Of a DNA stretch of 64,000 nucleotides, positions 49,249 through 62,071 are shown piece after piece. Origin of the DNA: Rhizodiscina lignyota (taxonomy: Eukaryota); contig ML978125.1 of the NCBI GenBank assembly GCA_010015805.1, positions 1,116,001 to 1,180,000 of the forward strand, written 5' to 3'. Each line of letters begins with the position of its first letter. Within the stretch, counting starts at the first letter, position 1. Under the pieces are notes generated by a model, which worked only from the letters and a program-made list of their open reading frames with translations, was not told where the DNA came from and ran no database searches. Both the position numbers and the translations under genes were made by a program.

Positions 49249-50789
49249 ATGGCTTTCCGTGGGAAGCCTTCGAAAGCGTGCCATAGATGCAGGCAGCGGA
49301 AGTTAAGAGTAGGCTCCTTGATGCCATTGGATTCATTTCAATATAGTAACCTGGTCTGTAGTGCGATTTCAAGCCTGTCTCTTGCACCCCATGTTTGAGA
49401 GCCAAGGCAGTCTGCTTTGGTTATCGAAATACGGAAGAGCTACGAATCAGAAACGAGACCCAGGCAGTCCAGACGAAAGCGCTTGGCAAATACGGAAGTC
49501 CGCCGGATCCACACTCCCTCATTCTCTCGCTTGAACAGCAAGCAAGGAATGTCTTCATCAATCACTACGTTGACGGGGTTTCCAAGACTTGGCAATTCCT
49601 CCTGCCCTTCTTCGATAGCTTTCCTTCTGCGGATCATTTGACAGCGACGGTAGATGCGGTCAGCCTAGCATTTTTTGGACATCAGGTATTGTCCCCGATG
49701 GCTCTCAAGTCCGCTCGAGAGAAGTACGTTGTCGCACTGCACAAGACTGGAAAGGCTTTGCGAGACCCTAGCGTCGCTGCAACGGACTCGACGTTGCTGT
49801 CCACTCTGCTCCTCGATCTCTTTGAGAAGCTTTCAAATGCTTCGCCACACGATGCCAATTCGTACACAAGCCACGTTAGCGGAGCCCTCGCTCTCGTAAA
49901 GCTCCGAGGAGTAGACTCATTCCGAGACCCTTTTGCGGCACGCATGCTTATGCGTATTCATACGAATCTTCTTATTAGTTGCATCGCCAGCGGAACTCGA
50001 GTGCCTGAGGGCTTGAATGTTCTGCGGTCTCATGTAGCCCTGGTGCTGGATATCAAGGACATCGAGGATCCGAAATGGCAATTATCCAGTTTGACAGCGG
50101 ATTACGCCAACTTGCGTGCCGACGCAGCAGCTGGCCAAGCACCCATCGAAAATCTCGTAGACCGCACTGAAGCTCTTGATGCTCAGTTGTTGGCTCTTTA
50201 CGAAAGGATGCCTGACGAATGGCGATTTAAAACTACGATACTGGAAGCTCCGTCAAATCGGGTCTATCAAAAGCGCTTCGATGTTTATCGAGATCGGCAC
50301 ACAACACAAACATCGAACGTTGCCCGACTCATTCGAATTCTGCTCAATGAATCACTCATCGAATATTACGCATCTATTGCCAGCGACCAGAGTCACATCA
50401 ACCTAGTGGAGAAGACACATCGGCCCATAGATATAATCAAGACCTTAGCAGCCGAAATATGTTACTCAGCGCCACAATTCATGGACTGCCTCGCAATAGC
50501 AAAGGCCAAATTGACCTTGCGCTTAGACGCTCACCGAGAAAACTCGCTCAACCATTCGCCGGTGCAAGGTCTGGACTGCTATTCGTTGATCTTACCCTTC
50601 TACGTATCTGCCCGATCGCCATACGTCGCAGAGGATCTCAGGACGTGGGTCATCGACCAGCTCCACTACATGGCCGATCACTTTGGTATCCAAAACGCTC
50701 AGCTGGTCGGTCAGATAATTGAGCGACGGCAGGATGTTCCTCCTTGGACTCTTTACGCCATGCTCGGCAGTTATGCCTTTGCTGCGTAA
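49249..50789 (+). CDS. Zn2Cys6 transcription factor (1 intron)
   Basis: MAFRGKPSKACHRCRQRKLR|CDFKPVSCTPCLRAKAVCFGYR, plus the HVSGALALVKLRG middle-region motif. Confidence 0.87.
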
Positions 50790-50974
50790 TGCTATTGCAG
50801 CCAACCAGAATGCGCAAGCTGGGCCTGCTGGCTGAGACTGTATCGAGCAATGGATCGGGCTCCTGTGAACCTCCCATACGGATAGACCTCACGTGAATCA
50901 TGCTTCAAAGGCAATGAGTGCAAGATCACGTCTTGGGTGAGTAGGGTATCTATTTCATTACTATACACTCTCAA

Positions 50975-53011
50975 TCATACATCCTCCTTCCCTTCCTTGG
51001 GAGTGCCAGCCTTCTTGCGCGCCTTGTCTTCTTCAGTCATTCTTCTTCTCTCCTTTTCGGCTTCGAGGCCAGTCTTCGTCACCTCATGTGACTTCGTCAG
51101 CTTCTGCTTCGTGATCAATAGGCTGACGAGCAATCCAAACCCAGCAAAAGCACAATACATGATCCAATCCGGGCGAAGACTGCTCGCAAATGTCTCTTGT
51201 GCGATATTCTTCTGCGCTGGCGGCAGTCTGTTGACCACCGCAGTATTTGCGCCAGCGTTGTTGCCTCCCAGCTGCCGCGCCACCTCTGGGCCTAGCTCCT
51301 TGGCCAGGAAGTCCGCCTTCTTCAACATCTGGTTTTGGAAGACGACACCTCCGATGACAATTGAAATGGCGACCCCGAGGTTCCGAGTGAATTGAAATGT
51401 CGCTGTTGCCGAGCCAATATCGCGAGGCTGGACTAGCGATTGGAGAGCAATAAGTGGTGATTGGAAATTGGGCCCAACTCCGAGTCCCGCAACGATTTCG
51501 AACCATATTACTTTGACCCAGCTTGAATGTGCGTCGAGGTCAATGAACAAGCCAAAGCCAAGTGTTAATACGACCATACCGAACCAGATGGGGGGAAGGT
51601 ATTTGCCGGTTTTTCGGATGAAGATGCCAGTTGCGGCAGACGATAGCGATAGCGCGAGGACGAAACCGAGGAGGTCGACACCGGACATGAGAGGGCTCTG
51701 GCTTCGGCTCGCCTGGAAGTAGAGCGGCATAAAGTAGGATCCGGAGATGAAGACGTAGGCATGGATGAAGCACACTAAGAGCGCAGCGCAGTTGGAGCGG
51801 TACTTGAAAATATAAAGCGGCATGATGGGATACTTGGCGAACTTCCACTCGTTCAGGAAGAAAAGCCCCATGGTAACGATGCCGAAGACGATGAGGCAGA
51901 TGACCGTTGCGGAGTTCCAGGGGAAGGTAACACCACCGAATTCGAGGCCGAACAGTAGCATGAGAGTGCCGCCGACGATTGTTAGAGCACCGACCCAATC
52001 GATGACCTTGACGCCTTCCCAGAATGGAGTCGTCGGAGTTTGGAGGTTCAGCACGAATAGAATGATAAGGAATGCTATGCCGTCCAAAGGAAGGTTAATA
52101 TAGAAACACCTATTGATCGTTAGTGCTACGTTCCACTGCCTGAAGTTTAAGTAGACCGCTTACCATCTCCAAGAGACCTTGTCTGTGAATGCTCCACCGA
52201 TGATGGGACCAAGGGCGCTAGCAATTGCCCACACCATACCGATAATGCCGTAATAAGCTCCGCGAGATCTACAATATCGGAGTTAGCAAATGTCTGCTGT
52301 CTCAGTATGACCTTGTGAACCCACCTCATGCTGAACAAGTCTCCAATTGTGATGTTTACCAGCACCAGCAGCCCTCCACCTCCCCATCCTTGAATCGCTC
52401 GGCCCGCAATGAGCATGCCCATATTCACCGCTACAGCTGCGACCAACGAGCCGACAAAGAATATAAAGTTGGCGATCAGAAGTGTCGGCTTTCGTCCCCA
52501 GATATCTGATATCTTGCCCCAGAGCGGTGTAGAGGCGGAGGCCGCGAGTTGGTATGCCGCGCCGATCCATATGTAGCCCGACGCTGAGTGGAAGTGTTCT
52601 GTGATCGTTGGTAAGGCGGTGGTGATGATTGTCTGGATAGTCAGGTTAGCCCTAGCAATAGAACGACATCTTCGAGTTCGGGGCGCATACCATGTCGAGC
52701 GCAGCGAGGAAGACAGCCATTCCCAGCGCAAACATAATCAACGCTATTCTTCCTGTGCCACGCGATTTTTCCTCCTCTTCTGTTGGCCCATGGCCACGAG
52801 GTTTTTGTGCCTCTTGGGGCTCTGCCTTCACTGGCGCATTCTGCTCTTGGTCCTCTGTTGAGGATTCGTCGACGGCGGCCTCTTTGTCGAATACGCCATT
52901 TTCCAGGCCTTTCTGGGTAGAATCCTCAGTTGAATCCATATTTGTGTGAGGGTTGGTAGCTGTATGGTCATCAAGACCGGGGTCTTGAGCTGGCTTCTCT
53001 GTTGAAGTCAT
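50975..53011 (-). CDS. MFS drug:H+ antiporter, DHA2 (14-TMS) type, 4 exons
   Basis: [47 protein letters not shown] and IDWVGA motifs. Confidence 0.9.
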
Positions 53012-53740
53012 GACGAATTGATGTGCTTCTCTGTTGTGGCGTCAATTTTTCCAAAGGAGCAAAGCTCTTTGCAAGTGGAAGAGCAATTGAATTCGTGTTA
53101 GAGAGAAAGTTGGAGCAGCATTTGAGAAATATGTACGACCTAGCCTTGTCTACAGGCATATAAATTCATTACATGTTGACGTGCAGCTTTAAACAAATCC
53201 AAAGCATGCAAGAGCGGAAAACGGCACGGAATCTACAAATTGGAGCTGCTTGCGAACACAGATCGAACAAGCACTTGACGGGCTTGGCACTACAGAGGCT
53301 TAAACTTTAAATACACACATACAATACAGCCTCTCCAGGTCCATCATCGCCACTTTTGCTTCCATAGTTACATAGAAAGAATATCTCCTTGTTGAAAGAC
53401 CATTCTGTCATTCCCTTTAATACTCAAGTCGCTTTCGACTTTGGGTTTTCAACCACATCATATAGAATACTTCAGTCTACGTTCGTTGTCTTCAATCCCG
53501 TCTTCAGCATGGACGATGACTTGGCACGCTAATCCTTTTCAATACACGTTAATTGTGCCTTTTGTAACACGCTTAGATCTCCCTAATCCCCACCAACGTT
53601 CTCGGTCGAGGTTCTCGGGAGTAAGCTAGCGGGCCCATGGAGGGATTTCACAAAATTCCGTTTCCTGCTCGGCCGAGGCCAGCTGCATGTCGTCGTTGAC
53701 GATGAAAGCTTGCCTGCACACAAGCCGCTCTTTGATTCCT

Positions 53741-53774
53741 CTTTGGACTTTGGACTTCGGACTTCGGACTTCGG
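53741..53774. repeat. 7-bp tandem repeat (CTTYGGA) about x5
   Basis: ctttgga ctttgga cttcgga cttcgga cttcgg. Confidence 0.85.
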
Positions 53775-55515
53775 GCGCATGTGATGTCGTTCTCAGAGTT
53801 CAGTCAACGTTTGCACGTCAGAACTCTAACGTTTTGTACAGCTATAATCGACTGTCCTTGCTGTATCTGTTTCATCGGCCAGCCATGTCTCCACAAGCCC
53901 TCGGCCGGCCACTCTGCTCTCAAGCATCTTGCTTTACGCAACACCTTCCTCAGCTCTTCCACAGTGACTCACAATCAAGCAGCCTTCAATAATACGAGTA
54001 CGGAGACGTCTCCTTTCATCGGAATTGCACACCGGACACGAAGCACCTACGTTATGTCCGCGTCAAGACTTCCGTCTCTCGCATTAGTATCCGAACATGG
54101 CTGTGTTCAATTGCATGACAGAAGCCCTAAATTGCTCATAGGAATAATACGCAATACCAGTGGCTCTGCCTGCATTTGTATCAATTTTTGGTTGATTGGT
54201 TTACCTTGAAATGAAGATGTGAGAGCTGCCTTGGAAGTCGTCGTCCCCTCAATAGACCGGCGACGCCCAAAGTGACGAGCGCACTCCAATCGGATTTGAT
54301 TCCAAGCTTCAGTGCGCCACAATGTGCTCTCTCACGTCCATTCAATGAGATTGCGTAGCATGGTTGACTAGACACTGCGGTTTGGAAGAGCAACATCTAT
54401 CCTTAATGAGTATGTACAGTCTCTCGCTCGTTCTCACCGGTCCTAGAAAAACACCGTCATGTGTATCTCTCATCATATATTTGCCTCCACCTTATGAATT
54501 GCATAAGTTCAAGTCCACGTCTATGGAGTGGCGGATATAGAGCCGGCTGCGACAGTCATTTTGGACAGGCAGAGGATGGAGGCGTTCCGCTCGCAGATAT
54601 TTGCTAATGTCTACACCGTGAGGGGAAACGCAGAAAGCTTCACAGGGTCTCCCCGGATTCACAATGCCAACGGCCGTATATGGTGCAAAGGAATCCTAGG
54701 AGTTTCTCGAGCGGTCTTAGAACCGCCTAATTGCAGATCAGGAAGACGCATACTGAAATCAGTTTGCGACAGTATTCACAGTCGACCTGGACTATTGACC
54801 GGATCACTTCGTCATATAGCCGCGCTCGAGGTATAGTGCATGGTGGTGATACAACGGCTTGTTGTTGAGGCTCATCAAGTCAGAGGAGATTTTCTTTTGT
54901 GTGGAGCTGGATCGCGGCGATGCGTTTGACGGTGGTAGAAGCCACCTCAATTCCGTCTCTAGCAGCGAACTATCTATGTAATATCTATGCCAGATGCTCG
55001 CACCTCGGATTCCACTTAGCATGTGAAATATTTCCCAGAGTGACCAAGCTATGTTTGGGAACCAACTGAGTCTACTCGGACGATAGTCCCTCAAAGCTTC
55101 TTTGAGGCACAAGAAGAAGTCGTCGAATTATGACCTTATCGTGAGTTTACCGATCGGTCTACAGCACATGGCATGAAATCAAATTGTCGAGAGGCGGCAA
55201 AGATTATAAATCGCTTTCGCTGTTTACAACAGGTACGGAGCAGGGAGTAACAGATGCTATTGCAATTTCCAGTTAGCCTTGTTTTTAGGGCTGCGCAGTG
55301 AGGCCTTTGATTTGCTGGGCGCCGAAACTGCGGCTTCAGCCTCATCCGCTCCTAATTGCATCCACTCATTTTATTTTCTGGACAATAACATCTTCATTGT
55401 GCAAAGATATTGTGTTCGTGTTAAAGGCCATCGGACTCGGGATTCCAGCATCGAAGTGTATCTGGGCGAGCTCAGCCGACCGCAACTGGAATGCCCGCAA
55501 GAGTGCTGCCAAAGA

Positions 55516-57062
55516 ATGGAGAACTCCACCACCTTTGAAACCACGGAGACGGTGGCCAGTGACCCTACCGGAGTTTCTGAAGTGGCCGCTCCTTCTTCCA
55601 CTGCTGTTCGTCAATCTGAGGGAACATGTGACGATCCCTCTGAGCCTGATTCCATAACGAAGGAGCCTCTGGCCCCTGAGGACAAGCTCAACACGGTGCA
55701 GTCAAACCCCGAGCTTTATCACCGAGCCACAGGATCCTCAAGATCGCTCTACTTGGAGCCGCCACCTGTGGTTAGAAGGCCTCCCAAGATCAAGAGCGAG
55801 AGTGTTACCATTGCGGCCCTCTCCTGGTTTGCTTGGAACAAAACCGAGCAAGTAGAACTCCTATATTGTGCAAGATCCACGCACCGATCATACTATCATC
55901 AAACAAACTTTCGATTTCTCGGCTTCAACTTAATGAAGGATGTCACCTTCAAGACTTCCGAAAGTGGGATCGATACTGCTCTTCAGAGGGTTCGTTTGGT
56001 AAGTAAATCTTGTTATGCTCATTCGCGTCCGGTTCAGTAGCAACATGGGTATTTAGGTATTACAATGATTGCTGCGCTGTCAGACATACTTTTAATATAT
56101 TCACGCATACCCATACCCATAGAGCGTTTAAACTGCTACCGGAAGAACACTATGCCTTTCATCGGATATCACACATTGATATCTAGGATTTCGCTAACAT
56201 GTCTTTTTCAATTAGGGGTGGCTCGACTCTGAAATTAACTGGGTACGTGACAGACTTCCAAAAGCACGCGAAAAGCTTCGGAAGTACGCTGGAAGGCCAC
56301 CGGCCGACGAAGCGGGTACAGAAGATCAAGGGGCCGAAGGCCAAGAGCGGAAGAGTTCTGCGGATATCGAACGCCAGAATGCGCCGGCAAGGCACGTACC
56401 CAACATAGCTCACGCATGGCTTCACGACCATTATTATGTTGTTGTTGGCTTCATGGGGGATGAGAGCGTGCCAAAGGAGACTCTCCGCCGCGTCATGCAA
56501 AAAGATGGACTGTTCAAGCAAATTCGCAATGCGTACAGGCACTTGAGAAACCCACTTCGGAGAGCGCTTTCGCTGAAAGAGGTATCTGGCTTCGGCATCT
56601 ACGAGTGTGACTCCCACAAGGGCTACCACAGAGAAATAGAGCTGGACGGGGAAACGGAGAGAGCGCTCACAGAGCTCTGGCGGAACTACAGCGGTCACAA
56701 GCTCGACTATGAAGGCCGCTGGCTGATGTGGATCCACGAAAATTTCAACAACAGCTCGAAGAGCCCGGAGAAAGGTAGACTGACCCTTGAATTTAAGCTT
56801 CGCTGGTCGGTCTCCAAGGTCGTTTTCTGGGGGATTGTGCCCATCTTGCTTAGTCTGGCAATCGGTTTCTGGTACATGTATTCAGACCATGGAGATGTTG
56901 ATGACGTTGCAGTGGCGGAGGCAGCTTGGGTGATAGCAACTTACATTATCACTTCATCGGCTCGTAAGTAACTCCATCACCTGGTTGCTTCAGAATTAAG
57001 CTCACAGATAAACAGTTCTACTTGCTCTTTTGGCTGTCATCACGCAATTCGGTGATATTTGA
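55516..57062 (+). CDS. Hypothetical protein with two C-terminal transmembrane helices; introns 55999-56215 and 56964-57015
   Basis: Phase-compatible GT-AG introns with branch sites join the ORFs. TM segments VVFWGIVPILLSLAIGFWY and AAWVIATYIITSSALLLALLAVI. The start codon is uncertain. Confidence 0.6.
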
Positions 57063-57258
57063 GTCAAGACTGGACAATTTTGGATTTGCATATCCATCTT
57101 CGGCGTTGCGGATTGATGTAGAGCGGAGCGAGCGTTAATTACCTTCTTTTTGTTTGCGAAATACGAATTCTTCTACACAAAGATTAGACTATAACCCGTT
57201 CGATTCCCCTTTACGAGTGCGCTCAAAAACTTGCTGACGGAGACATTCAAGGACCTGA

Positions 57259-58430
57259 TTAAGCTTTCAACACACCCCGATATCTGATCGTGCCCGACAC
57301 CAACTTGTCAATCGCCTGCGCGGCTCCTTCTTCAGTCATAGGAAACTCCTCAACGATAGGCCTCACACCATGCTCCGATGCAAATGCCAGCATCTCGTCA
57401 ATCTGCTTGGGCTTCGAAGACAGAGAACCGTGAATGCTGATTTCCCTCAGCATGAGTGGGAAATATGGGATAACGAGATCTTCAGTGGTCAGTCCAAGCA
57501 GAATGACATCGCCGAAAGGATTCATAAGATCAAAGAACCTGCTCGTCATTAGTGTATGGCCTCAGAGGATACCAAAGAGACTTACGTGGCCCAGTCTGGA
57601 TGCTTAGTTGCGGTGATGAGGAGGTAATCCAAACCCTTCTCCGGCTTCTTGTTATCAGCAAGATCCTTTGTCACCCAGAACTCTTTGGCACCAAGATCCA
57701 TTGCCTCCTTGCGCTTGTTCTCGGAGCCGGAAAAGACGACTACCTCAGCTCCCAGCTTGGCCGCAAATTGGATAGCAATGTGACCGAGTCCGCCAATACC
57801 GATGATGCCCACGCGATGGCCGGGCTTGATACCGTAGTTTCGCATCGGCGTAAAGACAGTCATACCAGCGCACAGGAACGGGGGTGCTACAGCGCTGGGG
57901 ATGTTGTCGGGGATTTTGTGCAGATTGGTATCTGGCCAGGTAGCATAGTCTGCGAAGGATCCTTGGTCAAAGTCGGATACTCCGTACATTCGCGCACCCA
58001 TATCGCAGTAGTAGATGTCGCCCGCTTTGCAGTGGTCACATTCTCCACAGCCATCGCGAACGTAGCCGAAGCCAACACGATCGCCACTAAGCGTAGTCAG
58101 CAGTCTGAAGGGAGTTAAAAATCTGCGTAAGCGAGAACTCACAGCTGAAACTTCGTGACTTGCTCGCCCACCGCTTCGACGACACCAACACCCTCGTGCC
58201 CGAGTACGAGGTCATGGACCAAGTGATGTAAATCAGTGCCGCAAACCTTTAGCCATAGTTAGAATTACTGTAACCCCCAAGATGCATTGAGAATCTGAAC
58301 GTACACCACTGTGCGTGATTCTCATCGCGACTTCATTTGGCTTCAATTTTTTCCTTCCCTCGACTGTGGCCTCAACTAATTTGCCCTTCTCGGAACCCTT
58401 GATCACTTTGACCTGCGGCGGGAGACCCAT
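57259..58430 (-). CDS. Zn-dependent medium-chain alcohol dehydrogenase (cinnamyl-alcohol dehydrogenase/Adh6-like), 4 exons
   Basis: [20 protein letters not shown]...C structural Zn site, GIGGLGH and RYRGVL. Confidence 0.9.
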
Positions 58431-59615
58431 CCTTAATACTCTGACGGTAATTGTAACTCGAAAGAAATGAGAAGGCTTTGAAATCAGCGAGACAGCGCTC
58501 GTGTTTGGATATAAGGAAGTGAGGAGGTTGTTGAGGGAGAAATTGTGGTCGTTCTGCTGAACTGAGAGGAGAATCAAGTCGTGAAAAGGCATACTTATAC
58601 TCTACGCTTCAAATTGCTTCAGCTCTTCTGGTGTAACCCGACTACTCTACCAAATTCGACTGCTCGACCATGACTACTCGACCGAATTGGTAGTGACGAT
58701 AGCAACCCATGTCGATATGTTTATTAGTCAACCTACCGACCTGCAGCTCAATGGGTGCACTATGGTTGCTGAATAACATTTCGCATGCATTCAGTTCAGC
58801 TTCTGTTACACGACCAAACGAAGAGGCAAACATTGAACTGTTGAACTCGGTGTAGAATTAAAGTTAAGTCCGTCTGAAGGCTGAAGTTTTGTGAGACGTT
58901 CACCTGCTCGCTAGATTAGTGATCGTCACTCCTCGCACTCATCGGATTTAAACTGAGGGACGCCTCTTCAAACTTGCTAATATACACGACCGGTCGCAAT
59001 ACTCATCAATAGATCGGGTCCAGTTTACTTGGCGTCTCTAGAATCATATACGAATCGCGGTGGTCGGGCAAGGAATGAGGTCGAAGATGATTGATGAAAG
59101 TCCATGAAATTGGCTATCTTCGAGTTGCGGACAAACAGACTCTCGTTCTGCTCAGACCGTGCTTCACCAACGCCTCCAACTTCGAGGAGGCTATTTTTTT
59201 TTATACAAAGCGCGGCTACAGTTGAGCATCAGTCTTCCCGAGTCCCGACTTTCTGTCTTCTCTCCGAGCAGTGTTTAGAGCATCAACGTACACATGGCAG
59301 AAGTGTATTGAATTCCGGCGCATCGTCTGTCCGAGCATTAACCATCAAAACATTGGCAGATAGGTCTGCACTCAGTTCTGCTGGGAGCAGCATGCCTTCC
59401 ATTTCCGACGGAGCGTCCTCGGATTTCGTAGAAGGATGTCGCTGTCCGCTGATGAACTCAGGTCTGCCCGAAGAGCTAGGCGAATATCCGATCGTAGCAT
59501 CTTGTTTGTGACGGTCTCTTGGCCGCTATTGCTTCAATCTATCAATGAAGGGAGGTCCAATGCGAGTTTACACTAGCAATACAGAGTTACAGTCGTACAA
59601 CAGTACCGCTTGCAA

Positions 59616-61314
59616 CTAGACTTTCACCTCAGGCCCCTCCTCTTCTTCGCCGGTATCAACTTCAACCTTGCGGCTGATAAGCTCCTGCGCATGTTGGTGC
59701 GGTGTAACTGTTTTGCCACGGCTTGTAAACACGCCTCCGGTGATGCCACCTTTCGCGAATAGCAGTGGAATGTCTTCCAGTTCAAGGCCCTTTGTCTCCG
59801 GGTAGAAGCAGTAGATCATTGGAACGAAGGCTGCATTGAGAACGGCGAAGATGATGAAGGTACGCCATCCGATGTTCGCTAATGACGGGTCAGAAGTGAA
59901 GCATACGACTGCTTGCGAGGACTTACCAAAAGAGATGGGAGTAATCTTGACGACAGCGAACACCGCCATCCAGTTCCAGCCCGACGCAATCGCTTGCATC
60001 TTAGAACGCACCCGGGTGGTATTGATCTCTGAGGGGTAGAACCAAGGCACAGGTAGCCATCCAACTCCATACACCAACTGGAATATGAAGATAAAGGCAG
60101 TGGCACCGTAAGCGGGTCCTTTCGTTCCAAGTGACAGGAGAATTGCTACCACAATGAAGCATATGGAGAGTCCAGCGGAGCACCACATGAGCAGGTTTCG
60201 ACGGCCAAAGCGATCCATCACGAAGACGGGGATAGCAGACCCGACGAGATAAGTGCACTGCGCGGCGCCACCGAGAATGAGAGATAGATTTCGGGTAAGA
60301 CCCATGGAGTTCTCTAAAATCACTGGTAAATAGTAATTTATCATATTTGAGCCCGAAAACTGTTGCCCGAGTTCGATGGAAATCGTGATGAGCAGGCGGC
60401 GGAAGTTTTGCAGTTTACCCATCTCGAGCAATTCCCGGAAGTGGAAAGGGCCACCTTTATGTTCTTCTTGGATGACGCTCTGGATATCGAGGAGGATCGA
60501 GGTCACTTCGGGATCCTCGAGAGGTTTATCGAGAAGGTTAGCGACCGTCTCGCGAGCCTCTTCCTGACGGTCTTGTTGCATCAACCATCGAGGTGTCTCT
60601 GGCAGCCCGACGATCTGTATGATCAGAAGTATTGCGAAGACGGCTTGAAAGCCCAATGGAAACCTCCATTCAAACGAACCACTGTACTTGCTCGTGCCAT
60701 AGTCAGTCCAGTACGCGATGACCACTCCAAAGACTAGATCATGCATGCAGCATTAGTATGTATGCACAGTTGGGGACTTTGGATGACAGGTCTCCTTACT
60801 AGTGACCGTTCCTTGAGTGGTTAATAAAGCGCCACGGTAAGCCGCGGGTGCACATTCGGATAGATAGACTGGGCCTGTCGAGCTGTTCATACCATTACCA
60901 ACGCCAGTCACAATACGACCGACGATGAGTTGTGCCGTAGTGTACGAAGAAGCCAGGATGGTAGCCCCGATGATCATTATCGCTCCGCCGCCCATAAGCA
61001 TTGTTCGTCGTCCGAAGCGCTCGCCGACGAAATAGCAAAAGATCGAGCCAAGAACACAGCCAATATCGTAGAGTCCAGTGATATCGCCCTGGAGGTCTGC
61101 ATCAGGATTATTGAACTGTTTACCAAATGCGTTGTCGGTGCCGATGATCCCGGCCATCACTCCTTTAATGCTAGTTAGATACTGTCTTGATGTCTCTTAT
61201 TCTCAATAACTTCATACCTTGGTCATAACCCAGCAGGAGGAAAGCCTGACAAGAGGCTGCAGTGATCGCGAAGACCAGAGCATTGCCTCGAAAATTGTGC
61301 TTCCAGAGACGCAT
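59616..61314 (-). CDS. MFS sugar porter (Stl1-like subfamily), 4 exons
   Basis: LLGYDQGVM, ERFGRR, GRIVTGVG, EWRFPL, PETPRWL, QQFSGSNMINYY, DRFGRR and YPETKG. Confidence 0.9.
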
Positions 61315-62071
61315 CGTGAGATCGTGGTATGCATGCACATGAAGCTCCTGGCACTGGAACCGTCAATCCGAAGCAAGAGCATCATGGCACATAAATAATA
61401 AAAGAACTCCAGGAGCCTTCCCCTCGCCTCAACTTCAACCGAAAGATTCGGAGAGCCTGGAGAGGCCCAGTTTTACCCATGGGGATTTGCTGATCACGTT
61501 GACGGTGAGACATAATTTGAAGGCCCACAGTTGTTGATGGATGAAGCAATGTTGTGGAGAACGCGTGTCCGGAGCCCAGCGGCGAATGTGACGTCTGTAG
61601 ACCCGACGAACAAGCGAGTCATGTTTGACGGGCAAAAATCGCGGACTGTACTCGGTATATCCAAAGCGACGTCTCGGGCTATTGACAGTCCGAGAGTACT
61701 CTATAAGGAGTTATGTCCGCCTACAGAGGGCAGAGAGTGCGCAATGCAGAGAAGTAATACTTATCCAGCAAGCTTACCTTGGAGATCTAAACAGGGATGA
61801 TTGTCTGCTTCGATATTATGGTTTCCGCCATCTCGTCTTCTAATTCAACGACCGTGTATTCAGACGCTTAGATGCCCTTTCAGTGTTGAACAGTTAGCCT
61901 CTACTCTTCATCAGAAGTGTTGCAATGAAGATGGAGATTACGCAGGCACAAGCAATACCGTGCTAAATGGTGAGCAGACTGCTTACAGGCCATGGTTCCT
62001 GTGTGATCACAATTGATTCAATGTGATGTATTAGTCAATGAGCAAATGCAGCTTCAGCATATAGTGTAGCT

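Noticed and set aside
54804..55112. 102-aa minus-strand ORF
   Set aside because: Non-ATG start, no motif and no clear splice partners; at most a relic.
57190..57215. tRNA T-loop-like GTTCGATTCC
   Set aside because: No acceptor stem, D arm or anticodon arm around it; it lies between two convergent 3' ends.
58640..59520. Intron-like signals and short ORFs between the ADH and sugar porter genes
   Set aside because: Frames are interrupted by many stops and match nothing I recognise.
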